From positions 173,972,001 through 174,036,000 of the forward strand of contig NC_091989.1 in assembly GCF_044704955.1 (NCBI RefSeq): a DNA stretch of 64,000 nucleotides, written 5' to 3'. The notes beneath the pieces are model-generated. The model ran no database searches and was not told the DNA's origin. It saw only the letters and a list, made by a program, of their open reading frames with translations. The translations under genes and the position numbers were made by a program. Below, piece by piece: positions 49,222 to 61,924 of the stretch; the stretch's first letter is position 1; every line of letters starts with the position of its first letter. This DNA is from Pristiophorus japonicus (Eukaryota).

Positions 49222-50730
49222 TTCGCAACTCCTTGGATAGTGAAGCAGTCCGTGCCCGCATGCAGCAAGACCTGGACAACATTCAGGCTTGGGCTGGTAA
49301 GTGGCAAGTAACATTTGTGCCACACAAGTGGCAGGCAATGACCATCTCCAACAAGAGAGTCTAATCCCTGCTCCTTCACATTCAACTGCATTACCATCAC
49401 CAAATCCCCCACCATCAGCATCCTGGGGGTCTCCGTTGACCAGAAACTTAACTGGACCAGCCAGATAAATACTGTGGCTATAAGAGCCGGTCAGAGGCTG
49501 GGTATTCTGCAGTGAGTGACTCACCTCTTGACTCTCCCAAGCCTTTCCATCATCTACAAGGCACAAGTCAAGCGTGCGAATGAATACTCTACTTGCCTGG
49601 ATGAGTGCAGCTCCAACAACACTCGAGTAGTTCGACACCTTCCAGGACAAAGCAACCCGCTTGATTGGCTCCCCATCCACCACCTAAGAAAGCAAATGGC
49701 ATGTTGGCCTTCATAGCGAGGGGATTTGAGTCCAGGGGCAGGGAGGTGTTGCTATAGTTGTACAGGGCCTTGGTGAGGCCACACCTGGAGTATTGTGTAC
49801 AGTTTTGGTCTCCTAAGCTGAGGAAGGATATTCTTGCTATTGAGGGAGTGCAGCGAAGGTTCACCAGACTGATTCCTGGGATGGTGGGACTGACCTATCA
49901 AGAAAGACTGGATCAACTGGGCTTGTATTCACTGGAGTTCAGAAGAATGAGAGGGGACCTCATAGAAACGTTTAAAATTCTGACGGGTTTAGACAGGTTA
50001 GATGCAGGAAGAATGTTCTCAATGTTGGGGAAGTCCAGAACCAGGGGGTCATAGTCTAAGGATAAGGGGTAAGCCATTTAGGACCGAGATGAGAAGAAAC
50101 TTCTTCACCCAGAGAGTGGTGAACCTGTGGAATTCTCTACCACAGAAAGTTGTTGAGGCCAATTCACTAAATATATTCAAAAAGGAGTTAGATGAGGTCC
50201 TTACTGCTAGGGGGATCAAGGGGTATGGCGAGAAAGCAGGAATGGGGTATTAAAGTTGCATGTTCAGCCATGAACTCATTGAATGGCGGTGCAGGCTAGA
50301 AGGGCCGAATGGCCTACTCCTGCACCTATTATCTATGTTTCTATGTTATTACTGCCTCCACCACCGACGCACCGTGGCTGCAGTATGTACCATCTACAAG
50401 ATGCTTTGCAGCAACTTGCCAAGGCTTCTTCTACAGCACCTCTTAAACTCATGACCCTACCTTCTAGAAGGACAAGGGCAGCAGGCGCATGGGAACACCA
50501 CCACCTCCATGTTCCCCTCCAAATTACACACCACCCTGACTTGGAAATATATCGCCGTTCCTTCATTGTCACTGGGTCAAAATCCTGGAACTCCCTAACA
50601 GCACTGTGGGAGTACCTTCACCACACGGACTGCAGCGGTTCAAGAAGGTGGCTCACCACCACCTTAAGGGTAATTGGGGATGGGCAATAAATACTGGTCT
50701 TGCCAGCGATGCCCACATCCAGGAACCAAT
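49222..50730 (+). mobile_element. Older CR1-group LINE 3' fragment with a young CR1 (49684-50346) inserted
   Basis: QQDLDNIQAW..W and IYKAQV motifs outside; LVRPHLEYCVQFWSP inside. Confidence 0.7.
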
Positions 50731-50923
50731 TAAAAAAAAATATATATATATTTTCATTAAAAAAAGTATTTCAATGCAATGTAGGAGGACTTTAATGTGC
50801 CATGACAAGTAATACAGTCTCATCAGCTAGTTACAACAGTCTTGTCAAAGTGAGGTTACTCCCTCGTGCTAGTGCAGTGTGACCAATGTTGTAACTTACT
50901 GGGTATCTTTTCACTTCCAACAG

Positions 50924-50995
50924 CACAGCTTCATGAAGTTTATGGGGAAATGTAATGACTTTGACCGAGAGATGAGGCACTGTTTGAAAGCGGAG
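50924..50995 (+). CDS. CMC2: CMC2 second coding exon ([24 protein letters not shown])
   Basis: 72 nt; caacag| and |gtaagc; second CX9C. Confidence 0.95.
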
Positions 50996-52240
50996 GTAAG
51001 CTGGTCTTAAAGCTGGTAAATCTTGCTGTTTGCTTGTTGTTGGTACAGTACCATTTTTTAATGTTTTTTTTCACTCTTTGTTTTTCATTGTTTACGCAAA
51101 CGCAGATGTCCTCTTGTAGGCTTGTGCCCGTGAGGGTTGTTTAATCCCTGTCACTGGGCAACTTGTGCCTTGCCCCGCTGCCTGTCTGAAGATTGCCAAC
51201 TCCCCTCCGTCATCTCTAAGCTGTGACCGGCAGGCCGATTATTTACAACAACAACTTGTATTTATATAGCGCCTTTGATGTAGTAAAACGTCCCAAGGCA
51301 CGTCACAGGTGTGTCATAAAACAAAATTTGACGCAGAGTCACATAAGAAGGAATTAGGGCAGGTGACCAAAAAGGAGGCTGGGGCGTGTGTGTGTGTTTG
51401 TGTGTGTGTGTGTTTCCACGTTCTACCGTACGATCAGAGCAATCAATCTGTATCAATAAGTCTACAGCAAACCTAGACATGATGCACGCTAAACCCTGGT
51501 GGTGGAGAGCCTTTGGGATCTTAAACAAAATTAACCAATTAACGCAAGGGTTTCCTTTTTTAAAGATTCTATTTTTAGTATAGTTTAGATTCCCGTGCTA
51601 ATTTTGCTCCCCTCCCTTCTCTGCTGCGGGAGTTGACACCTCGTTGGGGCGTGGTTTATCGGCTACCTTCGGGTAGTCGGCTCACCGGGAAAACCCAGGC
51701 AGGTGAAAATAAGTGAACGGGAATGTTGGTAGTTCACCTCGAGTGCCTGTTGTGCAACCCTGGAATGTGATGTGCACCAGGCCTTTTGGCATCACCGCCC
51801 TCGCCTGACATTTGCACATTTCCAGCAGGGGGTGGGGGGGGTCACAGGATCGGGAACCTTTGCACAATTTTTACCCCCCCCCCCCCCCCCCCACCACACT
51901 ATTTGAGGTCACTCAACAAAAAAAAAAGGGGATCAAACCTAGAACCTTCCCATTCTGTACGTCTGAGCTACTCGCTGGATAAGAATGAAATCATCATCAT
52001 AGACAGTCCCCTGGAATCGAGGAAGACTTGCTTCCACTCTAAAAATGAGTTCTTGGGTGGCTGAACAGTCCAATACGAGAATCACAGGTGGGACACAAGA
52101 CTTGCATTTATATAGCACCTTTCACGACCACCAGACATCTCGACGTGCTTTACAGCCAATTAAGTACCTTTGGAGTGTAGTCACTGTTGTAATGTGGGAA
52201 ACGCAGCAGTCAATTTGCGCACAAGCAAGCTGATGAGGAC

Positions 52241-52493
52241 TGGTATGTATGTATGTATGTATGTATGTATGTATAATGTATGTACTGTAACACTAGACCA
52301 CTGAATGTACCTTCACCCTGTGTACACCAGAGGGTGCTGCTGCTGGAGACCTAAGGGTCACCTGTACACTGTAGGTAACCCAGTATAAAAGGGAGCTCAC
52401 CTCTTGGTGTCCTCACTCTAAGGTCACTACAGTTCAAGTACTATACCTTTACCTTTTTATGGAGTCGTTATTAGAGTGCTTGCATATACTACA
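52241..52493 (+). mobile_element. Solo LTR with internal (TATG)n
   Basis: TG...CA; perfect 5-bp TSD AGGAC (52236-52240 and 52494-52498); TATAAAA box. Confidence 0.85.
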
Positions 52494-52596
52494 AGGACCA
52501 TTTTTCCTGCTTTCTCATCAGAGTTTGCTCTCGGAGCAGCCCCGACTCGCTCAGTAACTGTTTCTAAAGCTGCTTCTTTTCCTCCCCACCCTTCAG

Positions 52597-52671
52597 CGGA
52601 AAGCCAAGCGAGACAAAAGCCGAGAACACGCAGCCAAGATGCAACACCGAATTAACGAGTCGTCCGAGTAA
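52597..52671 (+). CDS. CMC2: CMC2 last coding exon (RKAKRDKSREHAAKMQHRINESSE*)
   Basis: Strong polypyrimidine acceptor; KSREH conserved; TAA at 52669-52671; candidate polyA signal AATAAA at 53185-53190. Confidence 0.9.
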   Translation, partial: RKAKRDKSREHAAKMQHRINESSE

Positions 52672-54892
52672 CCTTCCTTTCAGTGGCCGGGGGGCGGGGG
52701 GGCGGTGGGGAAACCATGAACTGCTCTCTCAAACCCGGGTGTGGCAGCCTGGAGCTTTACAGAACCCCACACCAGCTGTGTTAATTTTTTTTTTTGCCCT
52801 TTTCGTTTCCGTGCTGGTGAAATTATTCTAATTTTTGATATTTATACGCGACAATCGGGTTTGTCGTCCGTTAATGGATCATTACAAGACCTACGAACTA
52901 CTGATCTTTTAAACTCTGCAAACTTTGCAATGAAATGTAAGATCTTGTGTTGTGTGTTTTTTTTTCACCCTTAAGCCAGAAATGAGTTCTGGTCTTCCAT
53001 GGAGCAGCAGCTTGGTGGCAGAGCATTCCTACGGTGACACCTGCTGGACACTGGGTGTATTGCAGTGCAAGTGAGATGACAATTTGTTTAAAACTTTAGC
53101 AACTCTTTCGAGATGAAAACCATCAGCAGCGTATCGCTATTGTTTGAAGTTTTGACAGGTAATAAGTTTGGGGGGTTTCCGCAAAATAAAATTAACGCTT
53201 TACTGCCGCCCTTTAACCTATCTTAAATAAAAGCAAAACACTGCGGATGCTGGAAATCAGGAATAAAAACAGAAAATCCTGAAAATATTACCCAGCAACG
53301 TTTGCCAGTTTTCCCTGCCAGTCCCGCACAGCCCCGTTCCAGTTTTTCCAAGGTTAAATTTTGTGCAAATAAGGCCCTTAAAGGGGCCACGCACCCAACC
53401 AAAAAAATTAGGGGGGAAGCATTGCTCAGCGGGTCAGACAGCATCTGTGAGTAAGAAACAGAGTTAACGTTTCAGGTCTGATCTTTTGTATGAAATTTAA
53501 AAAAAATCCATTTTGCACAAGAACAACCTAAATCAGTACATGAACTGTGCCATGGAATGGAACAAGAGGAGGCTATTCAGTCCCTCGAGCCTGTTCCACC
53601 ATTCAATTAGGTATTGGCTGATCTGTATCCTAACTCCATTTACGCGCCTTGGCTCTATAACCCTTGCCTCACAAAACTCTTATATCGGTTTTGAAATTTT
53701 CAATGAACCTTGGCCTCAACAGCCTTTTGGGGGGAAAGGAAGTCCCAGATATACATTACCCTTTGTATGAAGAAGTGCTTCCTAACATCACCCCTGAAGA
53801 GTGGAGCTCTAATTTTAATGATTAATTATGCCCCCTTGTTCTGGACTTTTTTTGTTTGTATTATGGGATGTGGACAGCGCTGGCCAGGCCTGCATTTGCT
53901 AGTCCACCAGAGGAAATTGTTTCTATCTACCCTATCAAATCCTTTACTCATCTTAAACACCTCCACTAGATTACCCCTTAATCTTCTACTTTCAACAACA
54001 AAAACTTGTATTTATATAGTGCCTTCAACGTAGTAAAATATCCCAAGGTGCTTCACAGGAGTATTATAAAACAAAATATTTTACACTCAGCCACACAAGG
54101 AGAAATTGGGACAGGTGACCAAAAGCTTGGTCAAAGAGGTAGGTTTTAAGGCGCGTCTTAAAAGGAGGAAAGAGAGGTAGAGAGGTTCAGGCAGGGAGTT
54201 CCAGAGCTTGGGGCCTAGGCAACAGAAGATACGGCCACCGATGGTTGAGCGATTATAATAAGGAATGTTTAAAAGGGCGGAATTAGAGGAGCACAGACAT
54301 CTCGGGCGGGGGGGGGTGGTTGTGGGGCTGGAGGAGATTACAGAGATAGGGAGGGGCGAGGCGTTTGAAAATAAGGATGAGAATTTTGAAATCGAGGCGT
54401 TGCTTAACCGTAACCCAATGTAGACCAGCGAGCACAGGGGTGATGGGTGAGCGGGAGCGAGTTAGGACACGGGTAGCCGAGTTTAAGGGTGACAAGTTTC
54501 ATAGGGTAGAATGTGGGAGGCCAGCCAGGAGTGCTTTGGAATAGTCAAGTCTAAAGGTAACAAAGGCATGGATGAGGGCTTCAGCAGCAGGTGAGCTGAG
54601 GCAGGGGCGGAGACAGGTGATGTTGCGGAGGTGGAAATATGCGGTCTTAATTATTCTGTGGAAATGTGATCGGTTTAGATCACATCATTCAGATCACCCG
54701 TTAACCTGCTCTCACAGAATCTACGGGTCTATTCAACCTGTCTGCATAATTTAACCCTTTTAACCCCGGCACCTAAAGTGGCAGCTTTAATTTGTGGGAA
54801 GCACTTACTGTGCAGGCTGAGTTCTTGATCACGATTGTGCCACCTGGTGGAGGATATATGTGATGAGCCTCTTAACATCGTAGTATTAGTAT

Positions 54893-55300
54893 TAGGCAGT
54901 CCGTCGTATTGAGGATGATCCGCTTCCACACCAAAAAGGGATGAGTTCACAGGTGTTTCGATGAGGACCTGGTATTCCAGGTCCTGAACTACATGATGAA
55001 GGGTGGAAGATGCCTGTGCGTGGATTTTTTTTTAACGTGGGGTGGCCGTTGCACACCAGCCACCACACGGGCTTGACAGAGCTAGGTCTTGGTCCAGTGG
55101 CAAGGGTTAACCAGGACGACTGGAGACCAAGCTCTCCTGCACGGACCTATTGTGCACACACAATCCTACTGTCCATAGATCGCAGTGTGGGCTGGCCCGT
55201 GCTTCCCCTGGGCCCTTGCCTCTTCTGGGCCTCGGGCCCTCGCCTCTTCTGGGCCCTGATCTCTCCCCGCTCCTCCGCCACAATCATTCACCGCATCTCC
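54893..55300 (-). mobile_element. RTE-tailed non-autonomous element
   Basis: Same family as 1369-1704. Confidence 0.65.
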
Positions 55301-56298
55301 GCGACAGTACAGTGACTGCATCGTACCCAGTTATAGCATGAAGGCAGACAGCACTGGGACTGGCTTTACATCGAGTCTAGTTATGTACTGTGGTAATGGT
55401 CTGAAGTGCAGCAAGCAGTGGAACAGGCTACTGTTAAAGGAGAGTAAAAGAACTTGCATTTGTATCACACCTTCACAATCATGAAGGGTTTTTTGATAGA
55501 TCAAATAAGGAGAAACTGTTTCCAGAGGTTTGAGGTAATGGGCAAAAGTACCAGAGGCGACATGAGGCAAACACTTTTTATGCAGCGAGTGGCTAGGAAG
55601 GATTGGAAGTTTTACGATCTGGAGCGCACTGCCTGAAAGGGTGATGGAAGCAGATTCAATAGTAACTTTCAAAAGGAAATTCAATAAATACCTAAAGGGG
55701 GACAAAGTGCCGGGCTGTGGGGAAAGAGCGGGTGATTAGGACTAATTGGATAGCTCTTTCAAATGGGCCAAATGGCCTCCCTCTGGGCTGTACGATTCTG
55801 TGTCTGTGTCAAAGCACTTCATAGCTAACAAATGATTTGTGAAGTGTAGTCTCTGTATTTAGGAAAATGTAGCAACCAATTTGAGCGCAGCAAAGTTTCT
55901 CAAACAGCAGCGAGATAAATGACCAGTTAATCTGTGTTGATTGAGGGATGAATGGTGGTCAGGGCGCTGGGAGAACTCCTCGCTGCTGACATGGGATCTT
56001 TCACATCCACCTGAGCAGGCAGACGGGATTTTGGCTCAACATCTCATCCAGAAGGCGGCACCTCCAATGCAGTGCTCCCTCAGCACAGTACTGAAGTGAC
56101 CGCATACATCCTGACCGCGCAGTCTAGGACCGCGAGGATGGGAGCAGCAAAGGAGACCGGTGAAAGTAGAATAAAATAGACCTGAAATCTCGGCACGTTC
56201 ATAAATAAAGTACCAATGACATCCTTTTAAAATGCTCAACTAAATTAATTTCAATAACGACCACAATGTTTGAATTTTAAAAAACACTAAACATTGTG

Positions 56299-56501
56299 TG
56301 ATGTATAGGATAAGGAGTCAGACTAGATACTGCAAGCACAAAGTAAATGTGACTAGTCCTTTATTACAGGTCTCAGAGTGCCTCCCCAGCCTGTGAGGCC
56401 TCCTTATGTACAGGTGCTCCCAAGGGATTGTGGGATCTCTTGGGACTCCAGGGGATAAACCCTCTGGTGGTTAGACATGGTAATTACAGGTTTACATAGC
56501 G
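56299..56501 (-). mobile_element. Solo LTR
   Basis: Near-TSD TTGTG/TCGTG; minus strand has CCACCAGAGGG, CACTCTGAG and AATAAA in the same order as the other LTRs. Confidence 0.55.
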
Positions 56502-57394
56502 TCGTGGGTAAGGCCAGCATCTATTGGCCCAATCCAGATTGCCCTTAACTAAGTGGCTCGCTAGGCCATTTCAGAGAGCTGTTAAGAGTCAATTACTGTG
56601 GGTCTGGAGTCACTTGTAGCCCAGATTTCCTGTGCCGAAGGACATTAGTGAACCAGATGGGTTTTTAATGACAATCTGATAGTTTCATGGTCACCATTAC
56701 GGATGAAGATGTTGCGTTTTCAACAACAACTTGCATTTATATAGTGCCTTTAACATAGTAAAACATCCCAAGGCGCTTCACACGAGTGTTAGCAAACAAA
56801 ATTTGACACGAATCACGTAAGGAGATATTGGGACACGTGGCCAAGAGGTTGGTCAAAGAGGTGTTAAAAAGCGTCTTGAAGGAGGAGAGCGAGGCGGAGA
56901 GCTTCGGGGAGGAAATTCCAGAGCTTGGGGCCGGGGCAGCTGAAAGCATAGTCGGCAATGGTGGAGCGATTAAAATTGAGTTGGTGCAAGAAGCTGGGCA
57001 TTGGAGGAGCGCAGATATCTGGAAGGATAGTAGGTTTTGGAGGAGGTTACAGAGATAGGGAGGGGCGAGGCCAGATGTTAGTCTTTAATGCCTCCAGTTG
57101 ATGTAGAAATGCAGGTGGGTTTACTCGATTACGATGACAATATTAACTTTGGGTGACGTGATTAAGGTTGCTGCTTGGTGATCAGAGTGGGACTGGCTGT
57201 TTTCCCTCCCTCACCCGGGGCCATGATGCTAATTGCAATGCCTTCACTGTTGCTCCGACTGAGACCCGATTACCTAGCAAAGACCATGAACCGGATCGAG
57301 AACCTGCTTAGTAGAGCTCAGCTATGCACTTGTGCAAATGTGAGATGTATTAATAATAATTAAACAAAATTTAAAATGGAAAAATGTCCCGACA

Positions 57395-58125
57395 TAGAAT
57401 CATAGAAATTTACAGCACGGCAGGAGATAATTTCGGCCCACTGTGTCTGCGCCGGCCGACCAAGAGCTATCCAGCCTAATCCCACTTTCTAGCTTTTGGT
57501 CCATAGCCCTGTAGTCCACGGCACTTCCAGTATTTTTTAAATGTGGTGAGGCTTTCTGCCTCTACCACCCTTTCAGGCAGTGAGTTCCAGACCCCCACCA
57601 CCCTCTGGGTGAAGACATTTCCCCTCATATCTCCTCCAAACTTCCGCCCCCCCCCCCCCAATCTATGTCCCCTGGTTGTTGACCCCTCTGCCAAGGGAAA
57701 CACGTCCTTCCAATCCACTGCGTCCAGGCCCCGCATAATTTTATACACTTCAATCAGGTCTCTCCTCAGCCTCCTCTGTTCAGAAGAAAACAGACCCAGC
57801 ATCTCCAATCTTTTCTCTCAGCCAAAATTCTCCAGTCCAGGCAACATTCTTGTACATCTCCTCTGCACCCTTTCCAGTGCAAGTACATCTTTCCTGTAAT
57901 GTGACCAGAACTGCACACAGTACTCCAGCTGCAGCCTAACCAGTGTTTTATACAATTGAAGCATAACCTCCTTGCTCTTGTATTCCATGCCTCGACGAAT
58001 AAAGGCAAGTATTCCATATACCTTTGTAACCACCTAATCTACTTGGCCTGCTACCTTCAGGGATCTGTGGACTTGCACTCCAAGATCCCTTTGTTCCTTT
58101 ATATTTTTCAGTGTCGTACCATTTA
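57395..58125 (-). mobile_element. CR1-type LINE 3' fragment
   Basis: LYKTLVRLQLEYCVQFWS, FTQRVVGVWNSLPE; related pieces at ~45595-46190 and ~46455-47405. Confidence 0.8.
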
Positions 58126-58447
58126 ATGGCTTGGAGTTCAGCCTCTGAATGTGCGCAGATGCAAGCGTCGTCCACGTACTGTAGTTCGATGACAGAGGAT
58201 GGGGCAACCTTAGAGGTGACGAAGGTTGAACAGATTCCCATTGGTTCATTCTATACTTTAGTTCCACTCCAGTGGGGAGCTTGTTGAGCGTGAGATGGAG
58301 CATTGCAACAAGGAAGATCAAGAAGAGTGTTGGCGCGATGATGCAGCCCTGCTTGACCCCAGTCCGCACGTGGATTGGGTCTCTGGTGGATCTGTTGGTC
58401 AGGATCAAGGCTTGCATGTCATCGTGGAGCAGGCGGAAGATGGTGAA
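58126..58447 (-). mobile_element. RTE LINE RT fragment (continues at 61832-61883 beyond the LTR element)
   Basis: GVKQGCIIAPTLF and LQYVDD; FGCLQKFVT|IFRLLHDDMQA rejoins across the LTR insertion. Confidence 0.85.
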
Positions 58448-58784
58448 TGTTAGATATGCAGACTATAGATATACTCTCTGTGTAGTCATTGTATAGTTGC
58501 ATAAGATGGAGACTTGTTTACCTGATGTACTATCAATAAGGTTTACACTGTGTATATACAGGCTGGCATGACTAGAGGGTGCAACTGGTGGAGACCGGCG
58601 TTTTCTTCCCTGGTGGCAGAGGCTGTATAAAAGGGGAGCCACCATGCGGATGTCTCACTCTGGAGTTACGAATAAAGGACCAAGGTCACTACAGCTTGAC
58701 TACAACTCATTGCCTTGTGGAATCATTCATAGGTACATTACAGACATAATAACTGGCGACGCGAATATGGACTTTCACCCTATT

Positions 58785-59621
58785 ATGGCTGCCTTTGGCA
58801 CACTAAAAGACTTTGCAGAGGGTGATGATTGGGATGCTTTCATGGAAAGGCTCAAGCTATATTATGTGGCAAACAACTTGGCAGGGGAGACGGATACATT
58901 GGCGGAGAAGTGCAAGGCTATACTGCTGACCAGTTGTGGTCCCGAGGTCCACCACCTCGTCAGGGACTTGCTAGCACCCACGAAGGCCAAGGATAAGACA
59001 TACAATGAGCTGACTGAACTAATTTGCGACCAACTAAAACCAAAAGAGAGCATCTTCACGGCCAGGCACAGATTCTACACTCACCGCAGACCTGAGGGCC
59101 AGGAGATTTCAAAATATGCTGCCGACCTCAGGAGACTTGTGGCACCGTGTGATTTTGGCACGCACCTCAACGAAGCATTGCGAGACATCTTTGTTATGGG
59201 AATTGGCCACGAGGGCCTCCTTCACAAGCTATTACCTGCTGACACCACAGTCAACCTGCAGAAAGCCATCAGCATCAGTCAGGCGTTCATGATCTCGACC
59301 TGCAGCACCAAGCAATTTATTTATCCTGTGGACTCAAACCCAGCAAGTACTGTACACAGAATGGTGTCTTTCTTTCACAGGCAAGACTGTAGAATGTGGC
59401 TCTGCCCAGGGCAGAGAGCAAAACCTCAGGGTTCTAGAACTCAGAGTCCGCCGAGGGGTGCTAATCAAGTAGCATCATGCTGGCGTTGTGGAGGAAACCA
59501 TAGGGCTCACCTGTGTCGGTTTACTGAGTATATATGCAAAGCCTGTAACACGAAGGGCCACTTCCAGCATATGTGTAAAAAAAAATACGAATCACCATCT
59601 AGCAGAGGAACCGGTAGATGA
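58785..59621 (+). pseudogene. Retrotransposon Gag with two zinc knuckles
   Basis: MAAFGTLKDF..DW..F.ERL; ARHRFYTHRRPEGQ..YAADLRRL..CDF; CWRCGGNHRAHLC and CKACNTKGHFQHMC. Confidence 0.85.
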
Positions 59622-60378
59622 CTTTGAATCCAGCGGGGAGTATGATGATTTGGCCAGAGAAGCAGCTCAGCCCCAAGAAGAAGTGCATGGATTGTATACC
59701 TGCACCACCAATTGTCCTCTAGGGAAAATGGAAGTCGAAATAAACAGAATTCCAGTCTTCATGGAAGTGAACATGGGGGCGAGCCAGTCAGTGATGAGCC
59801 AGGATGTCTTTGAGAGGCTATGGAATGAAAAACGACCTGAGCTGGTTCCAGTACAGGAAAATTTGCGCACCTACACCAAGGAGCTGATCCCAGTCCTTGG
59901 TAGTGCGGATGTAAGTGTAATCCATAATGGCGTGGTGCACAAGTTACCTCTGTGGATTGTTGCAGGTGATGGTCCAACGCTACTCGGAAGAAGGTGGATG
60001 GGGAAGATCCACTGGAAATGGGAAGACCTCTTCACTCCAGCAATTGATCTCCCCCGTGCTCAGAGGCAGAGCAAAACCTCACCTTCGCTTGGGCTAGGCA
60101 CCAGAGAACAGACCAGTGCAACACCTGAGGCACAGACCGTCCATCACGACTACGTGGCAATAATCCGACCGAAACGACCTAAAAGTACCTTCCCGGCTCC
60201 AGTGGCAGGACTCCTGGGGAGGAAGATCAAATTCACAGGCACTCTTCCAGCTTTTGTGGCAGAATCGCGGGAGAGAAGAACGAAGGCAGTCAACCTCGAG
60301 GACAGAGGCAAGGTGGCATCACTGCTGCAGCGAGGTGCAGCGTGGCTGGAAAAAAAGATGGCCGCGGCCATATCATGA
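59590..60378 (+). pseudogene. Inactivated retropepsin plus unrecognised C-terminal extension
   Basis: MEVNMGASQSV (decayed DTG) and PTLLGRRWM motifs; out of frame with gag at an A-run. Confidence 0.75.
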
Positions 60379-61924
60379 GGTGCAACGCTGAGGGACCAAC
60401 ACGTGGTGACTAACAAAGGATTTCATTGGGGTAAAGCCAGCAGGATTCTCTTGAAGGAGACCTGCAACCAACTGAACTTAAAGAGACATTGTATGCATGG
60501 CAATCAATGTAACGAATCGATTAAGAATGTAAAGAACAAAATGTCGGGAATAGAGTGTCCCTAAAAGTAGCAAGCGAGTGAATTCGGGAGGGTACAGGCG
60601 CTGATCCTGATACCCTGCCCCAGGTCTATACCACACTGCAGGCACCCGATGGCACTATTCGCCACGGACCTGGAAATGAAACCGCCGCCAATACGCGCAG
60701 TCGGCCGCCGTTGCCCACCACTCGGTTGGAGATGGCGCAGCCCCCAGACCCAGTCCCTACCTCGGCCATGTCCAGGAGCGAAAGGTCAGAACCAACGAGT
60801 TCCCCAAACGGGACCTGGAACAGCCAGGTTCCCAGCACCGTTAGAGAGCAGGCAGAAGATTCTGCAGCCCTCAAAGGAGGACAGGGAGGCTTCACACATC
60901 TGTGGCTCTGCCCACCACTAGGCAACGGCAAAGGCCCTGAGTCCTGGCTAGGTGAGTGAACCAAGCCCACCCCACTAGCAGGGGGCTCAGCGCCGCCATC
61001 AGACGACTAGGACCCTGTCCGGTTGCTCTGGAACTAATGTCCTCGCATACCTGTACTGCTACCTCAGTACTGACCATGACTGAATCATGAATGCAGTCTA
61101 CCCAATCCTGGTGCACGACCGTAAAACGTAACGAATGTAAGTCACTGAACCAAGGTGTCACTATACTAATTGTAAAAAAAAATTTTTTTTCTTCCTTTTA
61201 CTTGCATTGTGTCTGATCCTGTATGTTAATGTAACAGGCCAGCTGCATGATCTCGCTGTAGGGGTTGGGGGGGAAATGGATGTATGTAGCCATGGACACA
61301 CACATGGTTCACACCCAGAATTCACTGGAACCTCCACTGCATCATCGAACCATCCAAACTGTTAACCATTACCCAACGTTGTGGCAAAAGGACTTGGGGG
61401 TTAACAGGGAGAGAGCCAAGCCAAAGCACAGCCAAGGTGCAAGGGCTATTGGCATTTAAGACTGGGGAGAGCTAAGCCAGAGCACATAGTGCAAAGGTAA
61501 TTGGCACAAAGGACTTGGGGAGAGTGATGATATATATGCAGATTATAGATGTACTCTTTGTGTAGTCACTGTATAGTTGCATAAGATAGAGACTTGTTTA
61601 CCTGATGTACTATCAATAAGGTTTACACTGTGTAGATACATGCTGGCACCACTAGAGGGTGCAACTGATGGAGACCAAGGTTTCCTGCCCTGGTGGCAGG
61701 GGCTGTATAAAAGGGTAGCCACCATGAAGCTGCCTCACTCTGGAATGACGAATAATGGACCAAGGTCACTACAGCTTGAGTACAACACATTGCCTCATGG
61801 AGTCATTCATAGGTACATTACAGACATAATAGTGACAAACTTTTGGAGGCAGCCGAAACGGAGGACACTTCACAGTCCCTCATGCTCTACTCTGAACTCC
61901 TACATGGAGTTCTACATCACAGCA

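Larger units (their letters stand above)
58448..61831 (+). mobile_element. Non-autonomous Gypsy (Mag-like) LTR retrotransposon, gag+protease only
   Basis: 304-bp LTRs at 58448-58751 and 61528-61831; PBS TGGCGACG at 58754; PPT TTGGGGAGAG; TSD GTGAA/GTGAC. Confidence 0.92.

Noticed and set aside
58644-59621. Domesticated gag gene
   Set aside because: Sits inside an intact LTR-PBS-PPT-LTR unit with TSD and a decayed protease; no sign of host-gene structure
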